Below, piece after piece: positions 11,951 through 22,414 of a DNA stretch of 64,000 bases. Within the stretch, counting starts at the first letter, position 1; each line of letters opens with the position of its first letter. Made by a program: the position numbers and the translations under genes. This DNA comes from [Archangium] primigenium (lineage in GTDB: Bacteria > Myxococcota > Myxococcia > Myxococcales > Myxococcaceae), in NCBI RefSeq assembly GCF_016904885.1, contig NZ_JADWYI010000001.1, positions 7,369,224 through 7,433,223 of the forward strand, in the 5' to 3' direction. The notes under the pieces were generated by a model. The model saw nothing but the letters and a program-made list of their open reading frames with translations, searched no databases and was not told where the DNA came from.

Positions 11951-12894
11951 GCGGGCTCCTGCGCCACCGAGTCCCGCGCCAGCGCCATGTAGAGGATGGT
12001 GAAGAGGGCGATGAGCCCGAAGAGCAACGACGCCGCCGCGGCCCCGAGCCCCAGATCCTGGAACTCGAACATCTGCTGCCGGGCGTAGACGGCCATGGAC
12101 ATGGACTCGCTGCTGTTGCTGGTGAGCACGTAGAACAGGTCGAACACCCGCAGCGCGTCCAGCACGCGGAAGATGATGGCCACCATCATCGGCCCGCGGA
12201 TGAGCGGCAGCGTGATGCGGAAGAAGACCATCACGGGGTTGGCGCCATCCAGCTTCGCCGCCTCGTACAGCTCCTCGGGGAGGATCTGCAGCGCGGCCAG
12301 CAGGAGCAGCGTCATGAAGGGCGTCGTCTTCCACACGTCCACGGCGATGATGGCCACCATGGACAGCTGCGGATCCACCGTCCAGGCGATGGGCCCGGAG
12401 ATGAACCCGGCCGACAGGAGCATCTCGTTGATGACGCCGTAGACGTCATTGAACATCCAGCCCCACATCTTCGCGGACACCACGGTGGGAATGGCCCACG
12501 GCACCAGCACCGCCGCGCGGAGGATGGCCCGGCCGCGAAAGCGCGTGTTGAGCGTGAGCGCGATGATCATCCCCAACACCGTCTCCAGCGTCACGGACAC
12601 GCCCGTGAACAGGAAGGTGTTGCGCACCGAGCGCCACCAGTCCGAGTCCCCCCAGACGGTGACGAAGTTCTCCAAGCCCACGAACTCGGGCGGCGCCGGG
12701 TCCGCCAGGCTCGCGTTGGTGAAGGCGAACCAGAACGTGCGGAACAGCGGCCAGCCCGCCACCGCCGCCAGGACCACCAGCGTCGGCAGCAGGAACAACC
12801 ACGCCGCGCGCACCCGCTCCCGGGCCAACTGCGAGCCCGGTGCGGGGGGGGGGGCAGCGGAGGAATCAGGAGCCGGTGAAGCGCTGCCCGTCAT
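11947..12894 (-). CDS. Carbohydrate ABC transporter permease (CUT1, MalF/UgpA-like)
   Basis: [21 protein letters not shown] matches the EAA loop. The start was taken at MTGSASPAP, just downstream of the binding-protein stop. Confidence 0.85.
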   Translation of the reverse strand: MTGSASPAPDSSAAPPPAPGSQLARERVRAAWLFLLPTLVVLAAVAGWPLFRTFWFAFTNASLADPAPPEFVGLENFVTVWGDSDWWRSVRNTFLFTGVSVTLETVLGMIIALTLNTRFRGRAILRAAVLVPWAIPTVVSAKMWGWMFNDVYGVINEMLLSAGFISGPIAWTVDPQLSMVAIIAVDVWKTTPFMTLLLLAALQILPEELYEAAKLDGANPVMVFFRITLPLIRGPMMVAIIFRVLDALRVFDLFYVLTSNSSESMSMAVYARQQMFEFQDLGLGAAAASLLFGLIALFTILYMALARDSVAQEPA

Positions 12895-12896
12895 GC

Positions 12897-14168
<1,272 letters not shown>

Positions 14169-14309
14169 GGGGGTTCTGCCTCCATTGGGGGGGTAAAAGT
14201 TGGCGCGTAGCAGCATCTCTAATTTTCTCGACAAACCCAACAAATTCGGTGTCAGAGTATGTGCAGCAGAGTGCGAATCGCCCTGTAGACCCCTTGAGAG
14301 ATTGAATCC

Positions 14310-15713
14310 ATGACAGTTGGCAACACCCGTTCTTCGTCGCGCAGCGCCTGGCGTGTTGGTTTGATGCCGTGCGTCATTGCTTTGTCCGCGCTGTCCTCGA
14401 CGGCGGCTCACGCGAGCCTCCTCTCGGACCGCCTGGAAGTGTCCATGTATGGCCGTGTTGGCACCGCGTGGGATCCGACCACGGGCCGCTATGTCAACGG
14501 CAGTCGCATGAACCCCACCGGCAGCGCCATCGGCGGCCGCATGGAGGAAGGCGACTACATGGAGCCGACCATCAAGCTGCACCTGCTCGAGCGCACGGTG
14601 GATCCGTCGCAGCCCTACCTCGACTTCGTGCTCACGCCGGCCATGTACATGAAGGCCGGTCTGTTCATGGGCGTCATCAGCGACCGCTTCACGGACGCGC
14701 TCGATATCGAGATCTTCCAGGCGTACATGGAGTCGGGAAACATCGGCATCCAGGGCCTGCGCGTGTGGGGCGGCGCCCGCTTCTACCGTGGCACGGACGT
14801 GCACATCGCCGATACGTTCTACTTCAACAACCTGGCCGGTCAGGGTGGTGGTCTGTCCTATGGCGATTGGGACCTGGCCATCATCATGAACACCACGACG
14901 TCCAGCCCCCAGTATAACTTTGACGTCAACGGGGATGGCGTGCTGGACCTGCGCCGGCAGCGCACGGTGTTCGTCGCGCAGTACGCGCACAAGTTCGAGG
15001 CGGGCCACTCGCTGCACGGCCTCGCCGAGTTCCACGTGCTGCCCAAGACGACGGGCAAGCGCGCGGACGGCACCGAGGTGGGCCTCACGGACGACTTCGG
15101 CTGGGTGGTGGGCGCCAAGGCGCACCTGGACCTGGGCAACGGCAGCTTCAACGACACGTCCATCCGCTACGGCAGCCGCGCCGCCAGCGGCAGCCGCGCC
15201 GGTGCGCAGACGTTCGACTCGTTCGGCGCGCCGGACGCCCAGGGCCGCTACGACGAGGCCGCGGGCATCCAGTTCGTGGAGCACTTCCTCTACAACTTCA
15301 ACTCGCTCGTCAGCCTCAATGCCTACGGCATGCTGCACTACAACAAGGGCGAGTTCTTCAACGCCACCGCCGGTTCGTACGGCGAGGACACGTCGATGGA
15401 CTTCGGCGTGGGCGCGCGTGGTGCCCTCTACCTGCACCAGCACTTCCACCTGCTCGGCGAGGCGCACTACGCCGGCCTGAAGCCCAACGTGGGCGACATG
15501 CAGACGGTCACCAAGCTGTCCATCATCCCCACCTTCGTGCCGCTCGCGGGCAACAGCCTGTGGAACCGCCCCCACTTCCGCGTGTTCTACACGGCCGCCT
15601 TCTACAACGACGCCGCCGCCAAGGCCTTCGCCTCGCCCTACCTCGGCCTGTTCCGGGATCCCACCCGCAAGGTGGGCCACTACGTGGGCGCCCGCGTCGA
15701 GTGGTGGTTCTAG
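14310..15713 (+). CDS. Carbohydrate-selective outer-membrane porin (maltoporin/LamB-like)
   Basis: Signal peptide present. Composition is aromatic- and Gly-rich, consistent with a beta-barrel. The C-terminus RVEWWF resembles the LamB ...EIWW ending. Divergent from the sugar ABC operon. Confidence 0.6.
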   Translation: MTVGNTRSSSRSAWRVGLMPCVIALSALSSTAAHASLLSDRLEVSMYGRVGTAWDPTTGRYVNGSRMNPTGSAIGGRMEEGDYMEPTIKLHLLERTVDPSQPYLDFVLTPAMYMKAGLFMGVISDRFTDALDIEIFQAYMESGNIGIQGLRVWGGARFYRGTDVHIADTFYFNNLAGQGGGLSYGDWDLAIIMNTTTSSPQYNFDVNGDGVLDLRRQRTVFVAQYAHKFEAGHSLHGLAEFHVLPKTTGKRADGTEVGLTDDFGWVVGAKAHLDLGNGSFNDTSIRYGSRAASGSRAGAQTFDSFGAPDAQGRYDEAAGIQFVEHFLYNFNSLVSLNAYGMLHYNKGEFFNATAGSYGEDTSMDFGVGARGALYLHQHFHLLGEAHYAGLKPNVGDMQTVTKLSIIPTFVPLAGNSLWNRPHFRVFYTAAFYNDAAAKAFASPYLGLFRDPTRKVGHYVGARVEWWF

Positions 15714-15747
15714 CCGTCACCTGAAGGGCTTTGCTGAAGGGTTGAAA

Positions 15748-15799
15748 CACCGAGGGCCCGCGGGCCGGGGACGTTCTCCCGGACCGCGGGCCCTCGGTG
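15748..15799. terminator. Bidirectional hairpin between convergent porin and permease genes
   Basis: caccgagggcccgcggGccgg...ccggAccgcgggccctcggtg forms a 16-bp perfect GC-rich stem with a 10-nt loop. Confidence 0.5.
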
Positions 15800-15824
15800 C
15801 GTGCGGGGCCCGCCCCCGCGCCGC

Positions 15825-16787
15825 TCAGGTGGCGCGGCCCACGCCCGCCACCCGGCGCGTGAGCACCTTCTGCAAGAGCACGAACGCGAGCAGCATCGCG
15901 CCGATGGCCACCCGGGTCAGCCCCGAGCTCATCATGCCCTCGTAGGTGGTGATGGACGTGAGGATGAGCCCCAGCATCAACACGCCCACGAGCGTGCCGA
16001 ACACCGAGCCCACGCCGCCCGCGAGCAGCGTGCCGCCAATCACCACCGTGGCGATGGCATCCAGCTCCATGCCCACGCCCTCCAGGTGGCTGCCGCTCGA
16101 CAGGTAGAAGGTCAGCGCCGCCCCGGCGAAGGACGCGCAGAAGCCGCTCACCGCGTAGACGGCGATCCGCGTGCGCCGCACCGGCAAGCCCATGAGCAGC
16201 GCGGCCTCCTCCCCTCCCCCCAGCGCGTACACGTTGCGGCCGAAGGGGGTGAACACCGCCACGTACCACCCCACGGCGACGAAGCCGAGGAACAGCACGG
16301 CGGTGAGGGGCAGCGGGCCCACCCGGGCCATCGCCAGCGCCGTGTGGCTCGCCTGGGAGATGCCGATGGACTCCAGGTGGATGAGGAAGGCGAGCCCCCG
16401 CACGAAGAACATGCCCGCCAGCGTGACGATGAAGGGCTTGATGCCCGTCGTGTGGATGATGGCCCCCATCAGCGCCCCCAGCGTGACGCCACACACGAGC
16501 GACGCCGCGATGGCCGCGGGGACGCTCCAGCCATGCTCCATGATGAGCACGCCGATGAGCACGCTGGAAAAGGACATGACGGCGCCCACGGACAGGTCGA
16601 TTCCGCCCGAGAGGATGACGAACGTCATGCCCACCGCGACGATGCCCAGCACCGCGTTGTTGGACAGGAAGTTGATGAAGACCGGCAGCGAGAAGAAGCC
16701 GTCGTAGCGCACGGAGGCGAGGGCGTAGAGCAGCACGTAGACGAGTGCTCCAGCCAGGACGGTGACGTGCTTGCGCAGGAAGTTCAC
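15825..16787 (-). CDS. Monosaccharide ABC transporter permease (CUT2, RbsC/YjfF-like)
   Basis: About 10 TM segments, branched-chain/ribose permease fold. The GTG start overlaps the upstream stop (GTGA). Confidence 0.8.
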   Translation of the reverse strand: MNFLRKHVTVLAGALVYVLLYALASVRYDGFFSLPVFINFLSNNAVLGIVAVGMTFVILSGGIDLSVGAVMSFSSVLIGVLIMEHGWSVPAAIAASLVCGVTLGALMGAIIHTTGIKPFIVTLAGMFFVRGLAFLIHLESIGISQASHTALAMARVGPLPLTAVLFLGFVAVGWYVAVFTPFGRNVYALGGGEEAALLMGLPVRRTRIAVYAVSGFCASFAGAALTFYLSSGSHLEGVGMELDAIATVVIGGTLLAGGVGSVFGTLVGVLMLGLILTSITTYEGMMSSGLTRVAIGAMLLAFVLLQKVLTRRVAGVGRAT

Positions 16788-17764
16788 GCGGCCTCCGCGG
16801 AGCGCAGCCGCCGGGTCCACCGCTCGAACGCGGGCGTCTGCATGAAGCACACCGAGAGCGCCACGAGCGCCTTGATGATGAGCGTGTGCTCGGTGATGAC
16901 GCCGCGCATCTGCAGCATGGTGGTGAGCGTCTGGATGAAGGTGGCGCCAATGAGCGAGCCCACCAGGTTGGCCCGACCGCCCGTGAGGCTCGTGCCCCCG
17001 AGCACCACGGCGAGGATGGCGTCCAGTTCCAGGTAGAGCCCGGCGTTGGCCACGTCCGCTTCCTTGATGTCCGCCGCGGCGATGAGGCCCGCGAGCCCCG
17101 CGCACAGCCCCGAGGCCATGAAGGCGAGGATCTGGATGACGTGCACCCGCAGGCCACTGAGCCGGGCCGCCCGGGGGTTGCTCCCCATGGCCTCCAGGTA
17201 CAGGCCCGTCGCCGTGTTGCGCAGGAGCAGGCCCACCGTCAGGGCCACCGCCGCCACCAGCAGCACCGGAAAGGGCAGACCCGCCACCGTCCCGTTGCCG
17301 ATGAACTCGAAGGCGGGCACCTCGAAGCGGACCTTCTGGTCATGGGTGAGCGTCTGCGCCACGCCCCGCCCCATCACGAGCATCACCAGCGTCACGATGA
17401 TGGGTTGGATGCCCCCATGGGTGACGAGCACCCCGTTGAGGGCCCCCGCCCCGAGCGCCACCGCCAGCGCGCCCGCCACGGCCAGGGGGACCGGTTGCGC
17501 GTGCTCCGTCATCAAGAGCGCCGCGACCGCGCCCGACAGCGCCATCACCGAGCCCACGGAGAGATCGATGCCGCCCAGGGCGATGACGAGCGTCATGCCC
17601 ACCGCCAGCAGCATGACGGGCGCGCCGTTCTGGAAGATGTCCACCAGCGTGCCGAAGAGCCGACCCTCGCGGAACTCGAGCCGTGCGAAGCCCTGGGTGA
17701 ACACCAGGTTGAAGACGAGCAGCGCGCCCAGCGCCACCCAGGGCCAGAAGTTCCTAGGGCGCAT
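16784..17764 (-). CDS. Monosaccharide ABC transporter permease (CUT2, YtfT-like)
   Basis: Homologous to the downstream permease. The start was taken at MRPRNFWPWVALGALLVF. Confidence 0.8.
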   Translation of the reverse strand: MRPRNFWPWVALGALLVFNLVFTQGFARLEFREGRLFGTLVDIFQNGAPVMLLAVGMTLVIALGGIDLSVGSVMALSGAVAALLMTEHAQPVPLAVAGALAVALGAGALNGVLVTHGGIQPIIVTLVMLVMGRGVAQTLTHDQKVRFEVPAFEFIGNGTVAGLPFPVLLVAAVALTVGLLLRNTATGLYLEAMGSNPRAARLSGLRVHVIQILAFMASGLCAGLAGLIAAADIKEADVANAGLYLELDAILAVVLGGTSLTGGRANLVGSLIGATFIQTLTTMLQMRGVITEHTLIIKALVALSVCFMQTPAFERWTRRLRSAEAA

Positions 17765-19238
17765 GGCCGTCCTCGCTGGCAATCACCTTCATGACCTCCG
17801 GAAGCGTTGTCTGGGACAGCTCCCCCACCTTCTTGCGATCCCGGAACACGGCGATGCGGTGGGACAGGCGCAGCACCTCCTCCAGCGCGGCCGAGATGAA
17901 GAGGACCGCGAGGCCCCGGGCCGAGAGCTGGTGGATGAGCCGCTCGATCTCCCCCTTGGCCCCCACGTCGATGCCCCGCGTGGGCTCGTCCAGGATGAGC
18001 AGGCGCGGCTCGTAGGCGAGCCACCGCGAGAGGATGACCTTCTGCTGGTTGCCACCGCTGAGCAGGCGGATGGGCTGCTCGACCGAGGGCGTCTTGATGC
18101 CCAGCTTCGTCACGAACTCCTGGGCGAGCGCTTCCTGGCGCGAGCGCGACAGCAAGAAGCCCCACCGGCGCTGCACCACCAGCGCGATGTTCTCGCGCAC
18201 GGACAGCTCCGGGAAGATGCCCTCCGCCTTGCGATCCTCGGGACAGAACGCCATGCCCGCGGCGATGGCCTGACGGGGATGCTTGGGCGCCGCGCCATTG
18301 AGCGTGCCGCTCCGGGCATGGTCCGCGCCGAAGAGCAGCCGCGCCGCCTCCGTGCGGCCCGAGCCGAGCAGGCCCGCGAAGCCGACGACCTCTCCGGCGT
18401 GCAGCGTCAGGTCGAACGCGGGCACGCCGCGCCGCTCCAGGGCCTGGACGGAGAAGAGCACCGGCCGGGGCACGTCCGAGTGCTCGCGCAACACGGGCTC
18501 CACCTCGTCCGGCACCCGGCCGAGCATGTGCGAGACCAGGTCCAGCCGCGACAGCTGGGAGGCCTCGTACGTGCCCACATGGGCGCCGTTGCGCAGCACG
18601 GTGATGCGATCACTGACGCGGTAGACCTGATCCAGGAAGTGGGTGACGAACACGATGCCCAGGCCCCGGGACTTGAGCCGCACGATGGTGTCGAGCAGCA
18701 CCTCCGTCTCGTGGCTGTCGAGACTGGAGGTGGGCTCGTCCATGATGAGCACGCGGGCCTGGGTGTGGACCGCGCGGGCGATCGCCACCAGTTGCTGCAC
18801 GGCGGCCGACAGGCTGCCCAGGGGCTGGGTCACGTCGATGCGCAGATCGAAGGTGGCCAGCAACTCCTCGGCCTGCCGGCGCATGGCGCGCCAGTCGAGC
18901 CCGAACCACCGGCGCGGCGCACGGCCCAGGAACAGGTTCTCCGCCACGGTGAGGGTGGGGATGAGGCTGAGCTCCTGGTAGATGGTGCTGATGCCCTTGT
19001 CCTGGGCATCCCCCGGGGAGGAGGGATGGAAGTCGCGACCCTCGAGGGTCAGCGTGCCTCCATCCCGCGCGTACACGCCCGTGAGGATCTTGATGAGCGT
19101 CGACTTGCCGGCGCCATTCTGACCCATCAGGGCGTGCACTTCACCCGGCCGGACCTCGAGGTCCACGCCCGTCAGCGCGTGGACCCCGGGAAACCGCTTC
19201 TGCACCCCGCGAGCAATGAGGACGGGCTCAGTACTCAC
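17754..19238 (-). CDS. Sugar ABC transporter ATP-binding protein with duplicated NBDs (RbsA/YtfR-like)
   Basis: Two Walker A motifs (GQNGAGKST and GLLGSGRTEAA) and two LSGGNQQK-type signatures. The GTG start was taken at VSTEPVLIARGVQKRF. Confidence 0.9.
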   Translation of the reverse strand: MSTEPVLIARGVQKRFPGVHALTGVDLEVRPGEVHALMGQNGAGKSTLIKILTGVYARDGGTLTLEGRDFHPSSPGDAQDKGISTIYQELSLIPTLTVAENLFLGRAPRRWFGLDWRAMRRQAEELLATFDLRIDVTQPLGSLSAAVQQLVAIARAVHTQARVLIMDEPTSSLDSHETEVLLDTIVRLKSRGLGIVFVTHFLDQVYRVSDRITVLRNGAHVGTYEASQLSRLDLVSHMLGRVPDEVEPVLREHSDVPRPVLFSVQALERRGVPAFDLTLHAGEVVGFAGLLGSGRTEAARLLFGADHARSGTLNGAAPKHPRQAIAAGMAFCPEDRKAEGIFPELSVRENIALVVQRRWGFLLSRSRQEALAQEFVTKLGIKTPSVEQPIRLLSGGNQQKVILSRWLAYEPRLLILDEPTRGIDVGAKGEIERLIHQLSARGLAVLFISAALEEVLRLSHRIAVFRDRKKVGELSQTTLPEVMKVIASEDGHAP

Positions 19239-20208
19239 GCGAACCGATGACCTGCGCCGCGTTCGTCTTCTCGAAGAGACGGTCGGTGTTCTTGATGAAC
19301 TTCTCGACCTTCTCACCCGAGCGCACCTTGGTGATGGTGTCGAAGACGAGCGGACCCATGAGCGGGTTGCACTCCACCGTGGCGTTGAGCTTGCCGGCGA
19401 CCATGGCCTCGAAGGCGCCCTTGACGCCGTCCACGGAGATGACGGTGACGCCCTCGCCCGGCTTCATGCCCGCCTCTTCCAGGGCCTGGATGGCGCCCAG
19501 GGCCATGTCGTCGTTGTGCGCGTAGACGGCCTGGATCTGCTGACCGTCGGACTTGATGAAGGCCTCCATGACCTCCTTGCCCTTGGCGCGGGTGAAGTCG
19601 GCGCTCTGGCTCTTGACGATCTTCAGCTCCGGGTACTTCGCCAGCACCTCCTCGAAACCCTTCTTGCGGTCGATGGCCGGGGCGGCGCCGGTGGTGCCCT
19701 GCAGCTCGTAGACATTGGCCTTGCCGTTGGTCTGCTTGGCCAGCCACTCGGCCGCCATGCGGCCCTCCTCCACGAAGTCACTGGCGATGAGCGTGGTGTA
19801 GAGGCTGTCGTCGGTCACCTTGATGCCCCGGTCCACGAGGATGACGGGGATGTTGGCCTGCTTGGCCTGGCTCAGGACCACGTCCCAGCCCGTCTCCACC
19901 ACCGGCGCGAGCACGATGGCGTCCACCTTCTGCGCGATGAAGGACGTGAGGGCCTGGATCTGCTGGGCCTGCTTGCCCTGGGCGTCGGCGAACTTGAGGT
20001 CCACGCCGCGCTTCTCCGCCTCGCCGCGGATGGACTGGGTCTCGGCGGTGCGCCAGGCGCTCTCGGCGCCCACCTGGGAGAAACCCACGGACAGCTTCTT
20101 CTGCGCGGCGGGGGCACCGGGCGCGCCCGCCTCGGCGGAGGCCGGGGCCTTGTTCTCGGACTTACAGCCCACCAAAGCGACCAGCGCGACCATCCACATC
20201 CATTTCAT
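19228..20208 (-). CDS. Periplasmic monosaccharide-binding lipoprotein (RbsB/YtfQ-type)
   Basis: Signal MKWMWMVALVALVGC (lipobox). LacI/RbsB-type periplasmic binding fold. First gene of the SBP-ATPase-permease-permease operon. Confidence 0.85.
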   Translation of the reverse strand: MKWMWMVALVALVGCKSENKAPASAEAGAPGAPAAQKKLSVGFSQVGAESAWRTAETQSIRGEAEKRGVDLKFADAQGKQAQQIQALTSFIAQKVDAIVLAPVVETGWDVVLSQAKQANIPVILVDRGIKVTDDSLYTTLIASDFVEEGRMAAEWLAKQTNGKANVYELQGTTGAAPAIDRKKGFEEVLAKYPELKIVKSQSADFTRAKGKEVMEAFIKSDGQQIQAVYAHNDDMALGAIQALEEAGMKPGEGVTVISVDGVKGAFEAMVAGKLNATVECNPLMGPLVFDTITKVRSGEKVEKFIKNTDRLFEKTNAAQVIGSREY

Positions 20209-20266
20209 GCGTATCTCCAGACGACGAACATCGAGTTCACTCAAGACAAAAGAAGCAGCGCCGGAC

Positions 20267-22174
20267 TCAGGGGGAGACGGCGTGGAGGCGCACGTAGTCG
20301 AACCGGGCGCTGAAGCCCCTGCCCCCCAGGGACACCAGGCCCACGCGGGCGTTGGTGCCCAGGGCATGGGTCCAGGTGGCGCCCTGGCTCCAGAGGACGC
20401 CATCCCGGCTGGAGTACGCCGTGTACGTCTGCTCGGCGCCCCGCGCGCGCCGCACGATGCGCAGCCACACGGTCTCGTCCGCGGGGCCGCCGAACGTCTC
20501 GCCGTAGCGGGGGTGGCGCGCGGGCACCGCGGGGCCCACCTCCTTGGCGAAGACGATCTGCCGCGTCTCCCAGAAGGACACCTGCATGAGCCGCACGTAG
20601 TTGTCGTCATCCGACTGGATGAGCACGCCCGCCTGCACGTAATTGTGGCAGCAGCTCACCGGCGGCAGGTCGAAGCTCATCTTGGTCTCGACGAGGAAGT
20701 CCCCCGCGGGCGCGGGCCGCCACAGCACGGACGCGCTGTTGTTGTTCTCGTGGAGATCCGCGTCCTGCGTGGCGAAGCGCAGCACCCCGTCGCGCACCTC
20801 GTAGGACGCCGAGCCGCCGCGCGTCCAGGACCACTCCGCGCCCACCGCGCCGCCGTTGAACTCGTCCGCGCCCAGGAGCGTGCCCGGCACGTCCCGCACC
20901 GCGGCGGCGGCGGACGGGTAGCGGCTCTTCTCACCGGCCCGGGCCGCCGGAGCCGGCTGCGCCGTATCCGAGGGGCCCTGCCCGCCCCGCGCCACGGGCC
21001 AGCCGTCCACCCAGTCCAGCGCGTCCATCAACAGTTGCCGCTTGGGCGGCAGGTCGCCATTGGGCGCGGGCGCCAGGTAGGGCGCGTTCCGGTCGAGCGC
21101 GGGATAGACGATCCAATCCTGTCCTCCCATGTCGGTGAACGCCGTGGGGTGGCCCGTGCCCACCCATGCATTGCCATTGGCGCCGAGCACGGGCGTGCCG
21201 CCCACCCGGTTGAGGGTGAGGCGAACCCCATCCCGATCCACGAAGGGGCCCATCGGGCTCTTGGAGCGGCCCGCGAAGACACTGGAGCCCGTCAGGGCGC
21301 CATTGCAGCACACCCCACTCGCCGCGACGGCCAGCAGGTAGTAGTAGCCCTCGTGCTGGAGCACGAGCGGCGCCTCGTACCGGTTGGCCACGGTGACCTC
21401 CACCTGGGTGAAGGGGTCCGAGGCGAGGCCATCCGCCGAGAGCTCGCGCACCGAGAGGCCGCCGTAGAAGCTCCCGTAATAGATATACTTCCGGCCATCC
21501 TCGGCGAGGAGGATCTCCGGATCATACGTCCACCGCCGCGAGTTGCCACAGCAGGGCGCCTCGTGCGGCTCCACCACCGGCCGCTCCGAGACGGTCCAAG
21601 GGCCCGCCGGGCTGTCACTGGTGGCGACCCCGATGGCGCTGCCACCCGTCTGGGTTTCCAGGACGGTGAAATAGAGATGATATTTGTGATTGAAGTAGGC
21701 GAGCTCCGGCGACCGCAGACCGGACGTGGGATTCGCCCACGAGGGCCGCGCCGTCAGGGCATCCCCGACATACGTCCAGGCGACGAGGTCCGCTGATTTG
21801 TGAATGGAAAACAGGTGTTGTCTGTACTCCCGCGACACCTCTCGGTCCTCGTCGTTCCACGGGGCGGGCGCACAGAACAGATACCAGGCGGTGTCCGCCC
21901 CCTGCCCCTGGAGGATCGTCGGGTCCGGGCAGTTGTCCACCCGGCCCCCGTCCGCGAGGGAAAGCCGCAGGGGATTGGTGAAGTCTCCGGCCACCGGCGT
22001 GGGCGCGGGGGGAGGCGGCGGCTCGGGCTCGGGCGTGGGAGCGGGGGCCGGCTCCTCGATGACGGGCGGCGCGGGCGGCTCGTTACGACACGCCGACAGC
22101 GACAGGCCCGCCATCAGGCAGAGCAGGCTCCCCAAGGAACACGAGATCCAGCACGAGGACCGACCTCTCCGCAT
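20267..22174 (-). CDS. Glycoside hydrolase family 43 lipoprotein with a C-terminal beta-sandwich (concanavalin-like) domain
   Basis: Lipobox LSLSAC. GH43 five-bladed-propeller motifs are DPTILQ...WYLF, and the catalytic Asp/Glu region pattern is present. Length 635 aa. Confidence 0.75.
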   Translation of the reverse strand: MRRGRSSCWISCSLGSLLCLMAGLSLSACRNEPPAPPVIEEPAPAPTPEPEPPPPPAPTPVAGDFTNPLRLSLADGGRVDNCPDPTILQGQGADTAWYLFCAPAPWNDEDREVSREYRQHLFSIHKSADLVAWTYVGDALTARPSWANPTSGLRSPELAYFNHKYHLYFTVLETQTGGSAIGVATSDSPAGPWTVSERPVVEPHEAPCCGNSRRWTYDPEILLAEDGRKYIYYGSFYGGLSVRELSADGLASDPFTQVEVTVANRYEAPLVLQHEGYYYLLAVAASGVCCNGALTGSSVFAGRSKSPMGPFVDRDGVRLTLNRVGGTPVLGANGNAWVGTGHPTAFTDMGGQDWIVYPALDRNAPYLAPAPNGDLPPKRQLLMDALDWVDGWPVARGGQGPSDTAQPAPAARAGEKSRYPSAAAAVRDVPGTLLGADEFNGGAVGAEWSWTRGGSASYEVRDGVLRFATQDADLHENNNSASVLWRPAPAGDFLVETKMSFDLPPVSCCHNYVQAGVLIQSDDDNYVRLMQVSFWETRQIVFAKEVGPAVPARHPRYGETFGGPADETVWLRIVRRARGAEQTYTAYSSRDGVLWSQGATWTHALGTNARVGLVSLGGRGFSARFDYVRLHAVSP

Positions 22175-22339
22175 GACGACTGCTCCCTTTTCAGATGGAT
22201 GAACGACGACGTGGGGCGCTCGGGCGGCGTCGGGACGGACGCCATGCAGGAGGCGCGGGCATCAGATACACGCGAGGTGGACGTGTCAAGAAAGTCCGTG
22301 GCTGTCTGATCATGGTGATCCACGTCTGTTGGCCGCTGA

Positions 22340-22363
22340 CAATGCATTGCGTCAATCATTGAC
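22340..22363. promoter_or_regulatory. Candidate operator: two adjacent palindromes (CAATGCATTG and GTCAATcATTGAC) in the divergent GH43 intergenic region
   Basis: A perfect 10-bp palindrome followed by a 6-1-6 inverted repeat. They lie about 55 bp upstream of the + strand GH43 start and about 165 bp from the - strand GH43 start. Confidence 0.3.
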
Positions 22364-22414
22364 CGGCCAGATCCGCGCGCCATAGTCTGCCGCCCCTCCC
22401 CAAGGACATTCGAC

